Assembly: GCF_009834535.1 (NCBI RefSeq)
Contig: NC_045696.1
Span: forward strand, 113,834,001 to 113,898,000
DNA: 64,000 nucleotides
From: Camelus ferus
Lineage: Eukaryota
Reading direction: 5' to 3'
Positions within the stretch are counted from its first letter, which is position 1, and each line of letters starts with the position of its first letter. A program made the translations under genes and the position numbers. A model generated the notes under the pieces. The model had not been told where the DNA came from. It saw only the letters and a program-made list of their open reading frames with translations, and did not search any database. Positions 26,927 to 38,980 of the stretch are shown here, in pieces.

Positions 26927-27391
26927 TCAAGAATCATCTTTTAAAATCAGTATTTAAAACCCAAGTGAAGTGAATTGACTTTCATAAAACAAATTTAGCA
27001 TTCACAGAGGTAAGTTAAGCCAAGAACCATCACCAGTCTCAGCAAAAAACGTATCTTTTAATAATCCCTCTCATGTTTTTCAAAGGGTTGAGGAGAAAGA
27101 ATACATTTATTATATTCCTTTATGTTTCTGTTAACAGTTTTTATTGGTCTTATTTTTCTCTAATTTACTATCTGTTGTCTGAATGTCAACTATGGTATAA
27201 AATGTGGTTCTTAAGTTGTCCAACTATTAGCTTAGAACAAAGGTGAAAATTTAAACTAAAGTTACACATGCTTAAAGTAATCTCAGATATCATCAACCAA
27301 ATTTGATTTTTTTTCTACTTTGTCTTATCTATTTAAAATTCCCATTTCCCTTACAGACGTTATGAATGAAATGTTTCAAAGAACAATTTTA

Positions 27392-28105
27392 TTTTATTTT
27401 TTCCCCTAATCAATAGCTTTTACTACATCCTTAAAACATCAAAAGTGAATTTAAAGAGTGATTGGGCAGGCATCTTGCTGTTCCTGTAGCTGGACAACTT
27501 AGATCTCATTCATCAGCCTGCTGAACCATTCCCTTTTCAGAAACACAGATACCATCCAAAGTTTTTCTGATATCCTTGTTTTTAACTGTCATGGCTTGCT
27601 GAATCAAAGCAGCTGAATTTGATACCAGTTCAATGTCATTTCCTTCAAGAATTAACTCATTTTTCTGGGCTTGAGATCCTGAACAAGCAACCCCTGGGCT
27701 CACCCGAACCCTGCGGGTGTACTTTTCACCCAAGAAATCTTGGATTTCAACAAGAGAATCATTCTCCTGAATGATGACGCTTATGGGGAAGTGAGCACGC
27801 ACAGACCTCACCTTGTAACGGAAGCCCTGTGTAACACCCTTGATCACACACTGTACGTGACTACCAATAGTGCGAACAGTAGCCAGTTCTTCTCTACCTC
27901 CCCACCATTTGCCAACCCGGAGCATCTTTTTCTTTCCAAGGAGACTGAGTTCTACACTGATGTGATTGACATCCCTCTGCAGGGTGCCTCTGGGGCCCAT
28001 CACAATAACTGTGCGTCCCTTCAAAGTGATGTCGGCACTTTCTGGAATGTCGACACTCTGATTGCTGAGAATGGTTTTCATTCTCGCAGTAGATGTGGCA
28101 AAGCA
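27392..28105 (-). pseudogene. RPL9: Processed (retrotransposed) copy of 60S ribosomal protein L9 mRNA; ORF 28081..27506 (191 aa) uninterrupted
   Basis: Translation [14 protein letters not shown]...GMVQQADE* is colinear with 192-aa mammalian RPL9, with no introns. It has a pyrimidine-rich 5' UTR (ctttgccacatctactgcgagaATG), a 3' UTR, a decayed poly(A) at ~27392-27402 and a 14-bp TSD aaagaacaatttta (27378-27391 / 28106-28119). Confidence 0.97.
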
Positions 28106-28449
28106 AAAGAACAATTTTAAGAAAAATAAAAACCAAACCCGAAATGTCAGTGTTTGTGGAGGAAGGCACAATTCCTCCTGGGCAAACCAAATATCCTTGT
28201 ATTTACTATAATACATCATATACCCATGACATTGGACCTCATGGACCTGCCTGTCTGCCCCCTGGATCAAAGAGATCAGGATTTGTAGCCTTTTTGGAAG
28301 CAGAGAGGTTTTCATTTCCCTAGATGGTGAGAATCCCCAGGAAACAAGAAGGGCAGTACCAAACTAATTTTGCACAGCAGGAGAGAAAAGGTGAAGCAGT
28401 AGGACCTCTTTCAGAGATCTACAAGGTCTGACTTTAAGATTTATCGGTA

Positions 28450-28595
28450 GGGGGAGGGTACAGCTCAAGTGGTAGGGCACACACTTAGCACACACAAGGA
28501 CCTAGGTTCAAACCCCAGTACCTCCTCTAAAAATAAAGTAAATAAGAAAAGTTAATTGTGTGCCCCCTGCAAAAAATTAAAGAAAAAAAAAAAAG
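28450..28595 (+). mobile_element. Vic-type tRNA-Ala SINE
   Basis: gggggagggtacagctcaagtggtaggg...aggttcaaaccccagtacctcc plus A-tail. Confidence 0.9.
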
Positions 28596-28608
28596 CACAT
28601 CAAAAGCC

Positions 28609-28820
28609 ATGTTAGCCATTATATGTAAAAATAAGTTTTAAAAAAGTTTCTTCTGTATAGCACAGGGAACTATGTTCAATATCTTATAATAAACTTTAAT
28701 GAAAAAATATGAAAAAGAATATATGTATGTATATGCATGATTGGGACATTGTGCTGTACACCAGAGATTGACACACTGTAACTGACTGTACTTCAATAAA
28801 TAAAATAAGTAAATTATAAA
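28609..28820 (+). mobile_element. L1 extreme 3' fragment directly after the SINE
   Basis: gtttcttctgtatagcacagggaact...actgactgtacttcaataaa; homologous to the minus-strand copy at 30029-30407. Confidence 0.88.
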
Positions 28821-29719
28821 AAGATCTATTGGTGGATTCCAATCTATCAGTTGGGACCACCATCTTTGATCACTGGTAAACATGACTTTCCCAGGAGACC
28901 TCTGACTACTGTAATGCTCTGAAGTTTTCCAACCTGCCTGACAGACACCAGCTCCTTTAACCTGAAGATCCAGATTGGTGCTACTTGAGCCTTGTAACAC
29001 CTGAGTACAGAGCAACATGCCGGCCCTATAAAACCGGGCATTGTAAACTGTTATTCAGAAACTTGTCAAATAGGGACAATATTGAAGGTTTGTGTGCACA
29101 GAAAAGTTGGGAAAGTAAATAAAAAGAAAACTGATTTTGTGTTTATTTTAGAAATCAGAGGATGTCAAGTGAAAATACAAATTGGCAATAGATTACATTT
29201 GTCTCTTCAGTAGACAGAATGCGTCACTGAAAAATGGAGTGAGTCAACATTACATTCTCTTGGAACTTATTTAGTCATGTGTTAATATTAAGGAGAAGTC
29301 AAACTTGACACATGCATTATAAAATACAGCTCTTCTTCTGCCAGTGAATGGCCAGCCTGACAGGTTCAACTCTACTTAAAGTTACTACTGGGGTACTTGC
29401 TCACTGGGCGCAATGGAAAGGCAAAACTCAAGGGGAAGATGCCACAGGTCTCCACTAGTCTGATTACAAGGGTGAAGCCACAATGTGAATCAGAAAAAAA
29501 TTCTACTAATGCCTTACATAATGTAGATGCATCCATATTTTGCTGCAACTGATTCTTTTAGGTAAATTAAAAATCCGCAATGAGCTTAAACAAACAGTAT
29601 CCTTACTTACCTTCCTTGTGACGTAACTGACATAGGGATTTTGGTAACTGTCTCACTGAAGTCTGTCAATTCACAACCAAGGCAATGGGGATCCACAGAG
29701 GTTTATTTAAAGATAAACA

Positions 29720-29910
29720 CAACATTTACTACATGCCCACAGTACCCCAGGCATCAACACACACATGTCCTAATGTTATCCCCACAGCCCTGTGCAGGGG
29801 ATTTCATCCTGCTCAATTTAGAGAGGAGGAAATTAGGAGATGGATGACATCAAGAACACATAGGCAGTGAGTCAGTTCCAGACCCAAGATTTAAATCTTC
29901 AGAGTCCAAG
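29720..29910 (-). mobile_element. MIR
   Basis: aacatttactacatgcc...ttagagaggaggaaattagg. Confidence 0.5.
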
Positions 29911-30028
29911 TCTGTTTGGATGTTTTATCAGTTGTTTGGTTGGGTTCCCCACGCCCCTCAGTCCCTTAAATATCATACCTAATGTTAAGTGAGCTGTTCA
30001 AGGTCATGCAACTAGAGTGATAACATTT

Positions 30029-30407
30029 TTGAAAAAACTGAAGTACAGTCAGTTACAATGTGTCAATTTCTGGTGTACAGCACAGTGCCCCAGTCATGCA
30101 TATACATACATATATTTGTTTTCATATTCATTTTCATTAAAGGTTATTACAAGATATTGAATATAGTTCCCTGTGTTATACAGAAGAAACTTAAAAATCT
30201 ATTTTTATATATAGTAGCTAACACTTACAAATCTCAAACTCCCAAATTTACCCCTTCCCACCCGTTTTCCCCAGATAACCATAAGAATGTTTACTATGTC
30301 TGTGAGTCTGTTTCTGTTTTGTAGGTGAGTTCATTAGTGTCCTTTTTTTATCTTTTATTTTTAGATTCCACATATGAGTGATATCATATGGTATTTCTCC
30401 TTCCTGG
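30029..30407 (-). mobile_element. L1 3' UTR fragment inserted in a MIR-like relic
   Basis: TSD tagagt(g/a)ataacattt (30013-30028 / 30408-30423). Confidence 0.9.
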
Positions 30408-31351
30408 TAGAGTAATAACATTTGAACTCAAGTCTTCTGACATCAGGGATTTAGGGTGCTTTCTCTTCTCCATCTCATTTCCATTACTGGGTAGTTAGGT
30501 ATTTCCCCCAATTAATTCGACTTTAATGTTGTCTCCTAGCAACTGCTGTGAGTACTACTAGCTGTTCAAGGCAGCATAACCATCCCAAAGTAAACACACA
30601 CAATGCGTCATGCTCTTATTTTACTTTATGACTACCATGCTTCCATTTTCTCAATGGGTCTGATTTTAACATCCTCTTTTATTATTATTATTATTATTTG
30701 GCATTAAGCCAGATAATTATGGGTAATATGGGAAAAGTATAGGATACAGTGTTCTTTGTCCTTGAGTACTTACAATCTGATTGGAGAAACCAAGATTTGA
30801 ATAGAGGAAGCAGAGGAAAAAAAACAACTGCTAAATTGTGCACCACCACCTAGAAGTCCAGATAAAACAGTAGTCAAGACTGAAGCAAAAGGGCAAATGG
30901 CCTGCGGGACTACAAGAAGGCCTGGGATGGGGGAAGGCAGACATCTCAGCTTGAGAAGGTACAGGAGGTGAGGAGCAAAGTCTGCAATGGTCTCTGTGGA
31001 GCACGGGAAGGAGGCTCTGCAGGAGAAGTTCAAGAAAGAAGGCTGCCTGGAATTCAGTGAGGCTTAGAACATCAGGGTTACATGACTGGAATTTATGGAG
31101 TCACTGTTGACTGCTGAAAATAAAACAAACATAAAACAAAAATAAAATAAGACAAAATAGATGGTAAATAGGTACCATCTATTTACCCTGTCCTGATGTT
31201 GCATTAAACCGTTTACAGTACATCACTGTAATCCTGACTGCAACTCCATTAAGTAAGGGTTGTCAGGCCCATTTTCAGTTGGTGTAACTGCGGCTCGGTC
31301 AGGCATCTTGCCCAAAGTAACAGGAAGAGTAAGTGGAGGATCAGTAGTATC

Positions 31352-32062
31352 TTTTTTTTTGGAGAGGGGGAGGTAATTAGGTTTATTTATTTCTTTATTT
31401 TTAAATTCTATTTTTTATTGAAGTGTAGTTGATTTACAATCTTACTTTAGGTGTACAGCAAAGCGATTCAGTTATACATATACATACATATATATACACA
31501 TATATTTTCAGATTCTTTTCCATTATAGCTTATTGCAAGAAACTGAATATAGTTCCCTGTGCTATACAGTAGGACCTTGTTGTTTACCTATTTTATATAC
31601 AGTAATGTGTACTTGTTAACCCCAAGCTCCTGATTTATCCCTGCCCTGCTTTTCCCCTTTCGTAACCAGTTTGTTTTCTATGTCCTTGAGACGTGGAAAA
31701 AACCTAAATGTCCATCAACAGATGAATGGATAAAGAAGATTGTGTGTGTGTGTACACACACACACATATATATATATACACACATATATATACAATATCA
31801 CTCAGCCATAAAAAAGAATGAAATAATGCCATTTGCAGCAATATGATAGATGGACCTAGAGATTATCATATTAAATGAAGTCAGAGAAATACAAACATCT
31901 TATGATATAACTTATATGTGGAATCTAAAAAAATACAAATTTTATTTACAAACCAGAAATATTTATTTATTTAAATTTTTTTTTTTACTGGAGGTACTGG
32001 GGACTGAACCCAGGACCTCCTGCATGCTAAGCACATGCTCTACCACTGAGCTATACCCTCCC
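31352..32062 (-). mobile_element. Vic-type SINE split by an L1 insertion (SINE parts 31352-31393 and 31961-32062)
   Basis: Tail part ggggaggtaattaggtttattt; head part tggaggtactggggactgaacccaggacc...gagctataccctccc. Confidence 0.85.
31395..31960 (-). mobile_element. Twin-primed inverted L1 3' fragment inside the SINE
   Basis: Minus-strand 3' end at 31395-31690 is joined to a + strand segment at 31691-31960; flanked by tttatttattt. Confidence 0.85.
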
Positions 32063-32643
32063 TAGAGGTATACCCTCCCGTATCCGAACCACGTCAGTTG
32101 GATTCCAAAAGCCACATTATTTCTGGCAGTTATTTCTCCATTAAAACCAACAGATAAAACAACAAAAAAACTTTACAAAAGCACAAATCTTAGGCTTTTC
32201 AATTTATATTATTTTCAAACATAATACCACGAAGGGAAAAACACACTTAAATGGTCAAAAGCCAAGGAAAGAAAACCTTTAAACCTGAGGTTTCTTTTGC
32301 AGCCAAATTCAAAAGCTCTAAGCACATGTAATAAAGTATATGATTCAGAGTTACTCTGAAATCCCAGGGGAGCATACATCTCATGTTTTAACAGAGCACT
32401 GATACTTCCTATGGCCAGCTTTACTTACTGAGTATCTAATTTTTTCAGGGAAAAACTGCTTTGAAGTTTTATCTCAGCCTTTTCCATAGTAAGTTCTCAT
32501 TTAAATTACCAAGAAAGAGAATTGCTGCTTTGGATTTATTTTGGAAACACATCATAGAAAACTCTGTGGAGCCTCTCCTGTCGTGAAAGAGCTGGCAAGT
32601 AATAAATGTACTGTTATAAGAGAAAGAAGGAAATAAGACCCAG

Positions 32644-32718
32644 TATGACTGAAACATTATGCTGTATGCCTGAAATTGACACACTGTAACTGACTATACT
32701 TCAATTAAAAAAAAAAAA
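32644..32718 (+). mobile_element. Very short L1 3' end + poly(A)
   Basis: tatgactgaaacattatgctgt...gactatacttcaattaaaa; TSD aagac(c/t)cag. Confidence 0.85.
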
Positions 32719-33889
32719 AGACTCAGAGGTTAGCTATTATTTTGAAACAGGACAAAAGATTCTGTAAAGAGTTTACCATAATGCAAATAAACAATCCACA
32801 GCTTTCATTAGAGACTGTCACAAAGGCAAGGGCCGCTACGCTGTAGAAAACCAGCTGTGAGCAAACTATGCATATTATGGGCCAATGTTTCCCACGTATC
32901 ATTTATATGTGTGTCCGTCTATTCAGGTACTAACTCTAGTATCCTTCATCGAATATCTTCTTTAATTCTTTTAAAAAGCAAAATACCTGTGTAAGACCTT
33001 TGAAAAAATAAAGATCTAGTTTAGCCTCCATTTAAAAATGAAATCATAGCTTTGACATACCAGTTACATACTTTTCTCAATATAAATTAACATTAGTATA
33101 GATAATTATACATTTTTAAAGTGCTTATTCTGTACGGCCAGTGAGCACCCTGCACACCGCTGGTGGTAAAGCACCATACTTTAAGGGACACCTTTGTAGG
33201 TGTTCTAGTAAGGAGACAGTTAAGAAGTCTTCCTCTATAACTGTGTGAATTACGGGAATTTATCCAGCTCTAAAGAGTGTGAGCTTAAACTCATAAACGC
33301 ACACTAGTGCTCTGAGATGAGAAGTTTGGCCAAACTAGAAATTCTGTCAAAACTGAGGCACACTACATAACTCTCAGTGACAGTTAAACACACACATTTT
33401 CCCTTTGATAGCTATTGTTCAAGAAAGCTTTGCAGATGTTCAATTAAAATCATTTAAGTAATTCTTTAAATGTGCCACTACACTTGTCATTAGCTAAGGA
33501 ATAAAGTCAGCTGTAGTATATGGCCAGGAAGCTGAGGGGTGAGTCGGATTTGGAGATGTGACGGACAGAGAGCGTTCCACAGGCCTGGCCAGGGAAGCTG
33601 CACAAGAGGAGCCCACATCTCCTGTTCTCTAAAGGATTTCCACCCCAGCCACTGCATAACCACCAGCGGTCTCCGAGAAGCCAGAGAGTCACCGACTTTC
33701 ATCCCACAGTCAGGTCGTGAATTTGCCAGCTTCCCTTCATTAGCAAAATCGAATGGGTACTTCTGTGGGGAAAAGCTATGGTCTCGCCAGTTCTGAAGTT
33801 ACTTTACGATAACAGGTCTCTTAGAAATTTCTGACTTTTGAATGAGAGATGAACTAAACTAAATTTAGAGTGATTCAAATTGCCTGTTG

Positions 33890-34145
33890 CAGAGGCAAGG
33901 CGAGCTGCCTGGGCTCTGGAATCACAGATCTGAGTTCCATCTTGGCTTTTCCTCTCATTAGCTGTGTGACCTTGGAAACTTCTCTGAGAAATTCCGTTTC
34001 AGTTCCTTCAATGGTAATAAGAACATTACCCACATCGTAGGACTGCTGTGAGGATGAGATACTATGACATGTAGAAATAATACTTGAAGAGTAAAAATAA
34101 CATGGAGAAAAATGGTAAGAAGTCCATCAATGTTAGCTATCAGTT
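33890..34145 (+). mobile_element. MIR
   Basis: gggctctggaatcacagatctgagttc...ttagctgtgtgaccttgg...aatgttagctat. Confidence 0.75.
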
Positions 34146-34359
34146 ATATGAAGCAGTACCCCTCTGAATGAGACAAAAACTAACATGAAAATCTGAGTAT
34201 CGATAAAAGCTCAGGTTATGACATACTTGCTTTTCAGTGGATGTTAGCTAAACGATTTTCTAAGATAAAGATATGTAGTTAATAGTCTTAGAGTCTAGAT
34301 TGCTAACTGTATCATTTGTATTTAAGACTTCAAACATATATGTTTAAAAAACATTTGGT

Positions 34360-34490
34360 GGTGGAGGGTAGAGCTCAGAGGTAGAGCACGTGCTTAGCAT
34401 GCACAAGGTCCTGGGTTCGATCTCCAGTACCTCCATAAACAAACAAACAAACCAACCAACCTAATTATCTTCTCCCTTCTCCTCAAAAAA
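34360..34490 (+). mobile_element. Vic-type tRNA-Ala SINE
   Basis: gagggtagagctcagaggtagagcacgtgcttagcatgcacaaggtcctgggttcgatctccagtacctcc, then (caaa)n and cctaatta. Confidence 0.9.
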
Positions 34491-36399
34491 GTTTGAACCT
34501 TTTAAACAACAACAACAAAAAACTAGTAAATAACGAAGCACCTTCTCACGTATTATCCCATCTGAGTCCCACCACCAACCCTAAGTAGTAAGCAGTACAA
34601 GTGTTACTCATTCTGTAGATGAGGAAACTGAAGCTGAGGAAGGCTATTTAATTATCCCCCAATTACAGTAACTGGAGAGGGACTTGTCACTACATCAACT
34701 CTGCCTCTAGCAACTCCTACTTATGTCACACTTAATCAAGGAATGGGTATTACGTAATCAAATGTTGATTTAAGATGACTGTTTATTTGTTTTGCTTTGG
34801 ATTTAAGTGGAATTTACGAAGTCTTTTTCAGCATGATAAAATTTCTAAACTAACACTAATGTATGCATATACAGCTCTCTCTCTCTCCATCTTTCCCAGG
34901 TTCTAGAACAGTGTCCTGTGTTTGGAAGGTACTAAAAGTGAATGTAAACTTTCATGTGGACAGCTGATACTATTCCAATGCTGAACAGACATCCTTCCTG
35001 GACGGCTCAGTTCTGCAGAGCAGGGTTATGCCACAGCACTGACCCTGCATGATAGTGTAACTAAGCTGTTCTGATGAAAAGTAAGATATTGGCTTTATTT
35101 TGTCTCCTTGGAGAAAAAGTAGTGAGTACGTTTAAAGAGAGGATGAAACAGCCAATCTACCATTGACACAGAATCCTCTGACAATACTGCTGACTTTGCG
35201 GGTCAGGTTCTGGCTTACCCTTCAGAGAGCACCCTCGTAGCCAGCACAGACAGTTGTTACCTTGCGCTGTGACCAGGTGCTCCCCTGCCAGAGCGGCTGG
35301 GTTGTTGGCCAAGTGTAAGCAGGGCTTGATGGCCATGGGGAGCATCAGAGGGCCACAGCAGTGACATGGGACATGCAAACATGCTGGTTTTAAACGAGGC
35401 CTGATGATGCAATTCAGATGCTCTGTACATTTTAATTTATCAAGAATATTCTGGTCCTTAACCTATTCATCAGAATTGGCTTAATGAACGTGGCTAGCAT
35501 TAATCCCTCTGATTCTTTTGAGGTGAAAACAGAGGACCATGTTACATTACAATAAATGTTACAATACGTGACAATCACTCAGCATGGAGTTAATAACTGT
35601 ATCAGAATAAACTTAAAATGGGTTTAGTCTGAAACATAATGATGTAGCCAGTGGTTACTCTATTATGCTGGGTAGTAATTTAGGAGAAATAATAAGCAGT
35701 TTATGGACTATTTTTAAAAAGCCAGCCAAAAGTTGGAGGGAAAAAACCCCAAAAAACTCAATGGGGAGGGAAGAGAGCAACGCAGCAGATTCAGAAGCTA
35801 CTCTGAGGCCCTCTCTGCAGACACCTGGCATCTAGGGGCCTTGGAGCCCAGGTCATCCACAGTCACTGGCAAGAGGCCATGGCCCAAATGTTCCATGAGA
35901 CCTGCCGTGAGGGCCACGACCACTCCTGATTATGGGGGTCCATATATGGTGGATACTGGATCTTGGACCTCTCACAGCTCACAATGATGCCGCATCTTCT
36001 GTGATGTGAGAAGTTAAACTGATCCAGGCGTCCAGGTTACAGGCTCAGGCTCTCCTTCCCAAATTCCAAGTTGCCTAGAATCCTGCCAATTAATATGATT
36101 TTAAAAGAAAACATTGCTAGGGCTGGGTCCCTAGTCATTCCTGCCTCAGAGTGGTTGAGTTTAGTTTGATGATCATCTTTTCTCTCTTAGCACCCTTATG
36201 GGACTGTACACCAAAGGAATGAAAGTTTCAAGGGGGAAAATGACCGAGAGGTAATTCTGAGCAAGAGGTGCCTATAAGAAAAGGCAGGTCTTTGGGGGAA
36301 CGGAACATTCAGTAAACGAGTATTTACTGAGCCCCTTCCAGGTGTGTATGTGGCATCTCCCCCATAGATAGCCTCACCCATCTAATTTGCAGTAAGAAT

Positions 36400-36570
36400 A
36401 ATTTATTATACAGTCTCCTGCATGCTAGGCACTGTTACACACACTTCACATCCCAATCAGGATGGGGTACTATTACACACTATCCCAGTTTTACAGACAA
36501 GGAAACTGAGGCACAGAGGGGTTCAGTTAACTTGCTCAAGGTCACACTGCTGATAAGTGGCTCCAGCGTC
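36400..36570 (-). mobile_element. MIR
   Basis: cccagttttacagacaaggaaactgaggcacagaggggttcagttaacttgctcaaggtcacac (MIR core). Confidence 0.8.
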
Positions 36571-38469
36571 CCTGCTTATAACAGGTAATCTATTGTGGTA
36601 AAAGAATTCTTCAACCACATACAGAGAGATAAGAGTACATGAGAGAACGAGGGATGCAAAAGATGAGGTGGGAGCCAAAAAAAAAAACAACCCCAATTTT
36701 TCTACATTGGTATCTGGCTTGGAGCTGGTCTCGTTCTTTCCTTAACCTCAAACTGCCCAGGTATCGCTTAACTCTTGTCCTGTCTCCAACTCCACTCCCT
36801 TCCTCCTGTCGGCCTAGACTGCTGGGTATCCAGCAACCAGGGGAAGGGAGAGACTGCGAGTTCCCTGAGCTGGGGTGCAGAAATCCTGGCACTCAGCGCT
36901 GGTGGTGCACAGCAAACCCAAGTGGTGAGAAGTTGTAGTTTTTCATCACGCACAATTGTAGCCCTGGGTAGGCAGAGAAGAACTATCAACGGAGGGCAAG
37001 ACTCCTTCTCCTTCCAAATGCTAAGAGAATTTCTTGACAGACGTTGGGAACAAAGGCATACATTCACACACAATTCTTAGCAATATTAAGAATAAGCAGC
37101 ATATAAAGTAGAGAAAATGTCAGACAATGAAGACATCAAGTTAAAATCAATACTGCACAGTGACAGCAATGGGGAGACATTTTTGAATTATGCTGTATAA
37201 GAATATAATATTTCATACTGAATGATGCTAATCTTGTATTATTAAAAATGAAAAATTAGTTACACTGTATTCCAAACCAATCCCTTAGTGGGGTATTTAT
37301 GACAAATCACTTCAGTTCACTCCCAAGCTTACAACGCAACCAGAACTGAATGGAATTACAATTTGTTATAATTTCAGAAAACCCTACATAGTAGATGAAA
37401 ATCACATTTAATATAAATGTCACATCATAGAGTCATTTTACTCAGGAAGTAACAGTTTTATTAGAGCATTGTGAGTTTTCAGAATATGCAATGTAATCAA
37501 GACATTTCAAGTAGAAATATGCTAACTTCATATTTAAAAAGTAACAAATATGCAATAGCACAATCATGGGAAATAGACTATGCTTCTAATACTAGAAATG
37601 TTTGTCTTGGAGATTGACGGAAAAAATACAAGCTTTGGTGGCTTATTATATCAGCTAAAATAAATAATCAATGCAAGTCATGACATTTTACCCATATTAA
37701 AAATCCTTTTAAAAGAAGTGATACTGATGGTAAGTAGAAAATTGTTCAGAGGACGACGGTCTATGAACAAAGTCCTACTTTAATTATTTGACTATTATGA
37801 ATTTATAATTTCCTAATATCAACATGTAAAAATTCTTCCTTCTTATTTTGACAAATATCTTAGTTAAATAATCAAGAACACGCTGTAGCATACCTTTAAG
37901 ACCTGAAATTCATTTATTGGTCAATTTCAATTTAATAAAGACAACACTATCCGAATCAAAGCTACCTGGCAAACTTCAGCTAACTAGCAAAATGGAGCAA
38001 GATCACGCCCAGTGTTAATCAGAACACTTACTTTGTGGCTGCCTTCCCGGGATCGTCAGCAGCAACTTGTGGGTTTGGGGTTACGTGTACAGTAGTGGCG
38101 TTGGATTTACCTGGGGTCATCTAAACTGCTTCTCCAGCCCTTGTGAACATAGCAAACATCTTAGGAAAGCAACCGTGGGCCCACTACACTGGCTGATGGC
38201 TGATGGCCTTGAATGTGTTTCAGCTTTGACTGACAGAGACAGGGTATTGCTGCAGACAGACATGAAATTGGGTGCTTGTACCGCTGGGCCTCCCCTTCTG
38301 CTGATTCCTGCTGGGAGAGCCTCGGCTTCCTTACCTAGCAAATGAAAGCAACGAAACCTATCTTCACAGTTTTCTGTGGAAATTAAAGTATTCTGTGAAT
38401 TATAAAATATTGTAAGAACTTCCAGTACCTAAAACAGGAGGTTCATACAGACGCAGATACTTGGCCAAA

Positions 38470-38760
38470 AGATGAATGAAATGTAATGATCCCTTGAAAT
38501 CAATGTAGTAACTCAGGGATACAGCATTCCACCTTGTTCACGTTTTTGCTTCCCCTTGGGATGGCCTTCACCACTTGCAACTCCTCTAGCCTCGGCACGT
38601 CCAAATCTTCATGCCCTTTAGGATGAAGCTCAAAAATACAACCCTTGATAACCCTGATGGAAATCATCTCTTTTCTGTAATTACCAAAGAGCTTTAGAGC
38701 ATCCTCATCCACCTTATATTATAGATATTTATCTACATATTTAATCTCCTCCGATTATGT
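38470..38760 (+). mobile_element. L2 3' relic
   Basis: tgttcacgtttttgcttccccttgggatggcc...ctttaggatgaagctcaaaa. Confidence 0.45.
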
Positions 38761-38809
38761 ATCAATAAAGTTTATAGCATGCTGTGAAACATCCCATTAA
38801 TCCTACTAA

Positions 38810-38980
38810 TAGTAATAGTAATATAATACTCATAAGCTCTAGATGGCTTATTACACACCAAAAATCACACAGGGTTTGAGAGCGTTGTACATAACCTACG
38901 AGGTAGACACTGTTACCACTTTATAGGTGAGGAAACAGGAAACAGAGAAGGCAGGCCAGGATTTGAGCCCGAGCACTAAG
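38810..38980 (-). mobile_element. MIR
   Basis: cactttataggtgaggaaacagg...gccaggatttgagccc. Confidence 0.6.

Noticed and set aside
29611..29662. Minus-strand exon ending in AAG|gtaagt (similar donors at 38031 and ~43099)
   Set aside because: Good donors, but no polypyrimidine acceptor upstream and no recognisable peptide; such donors are expected by chance in 64 kb.
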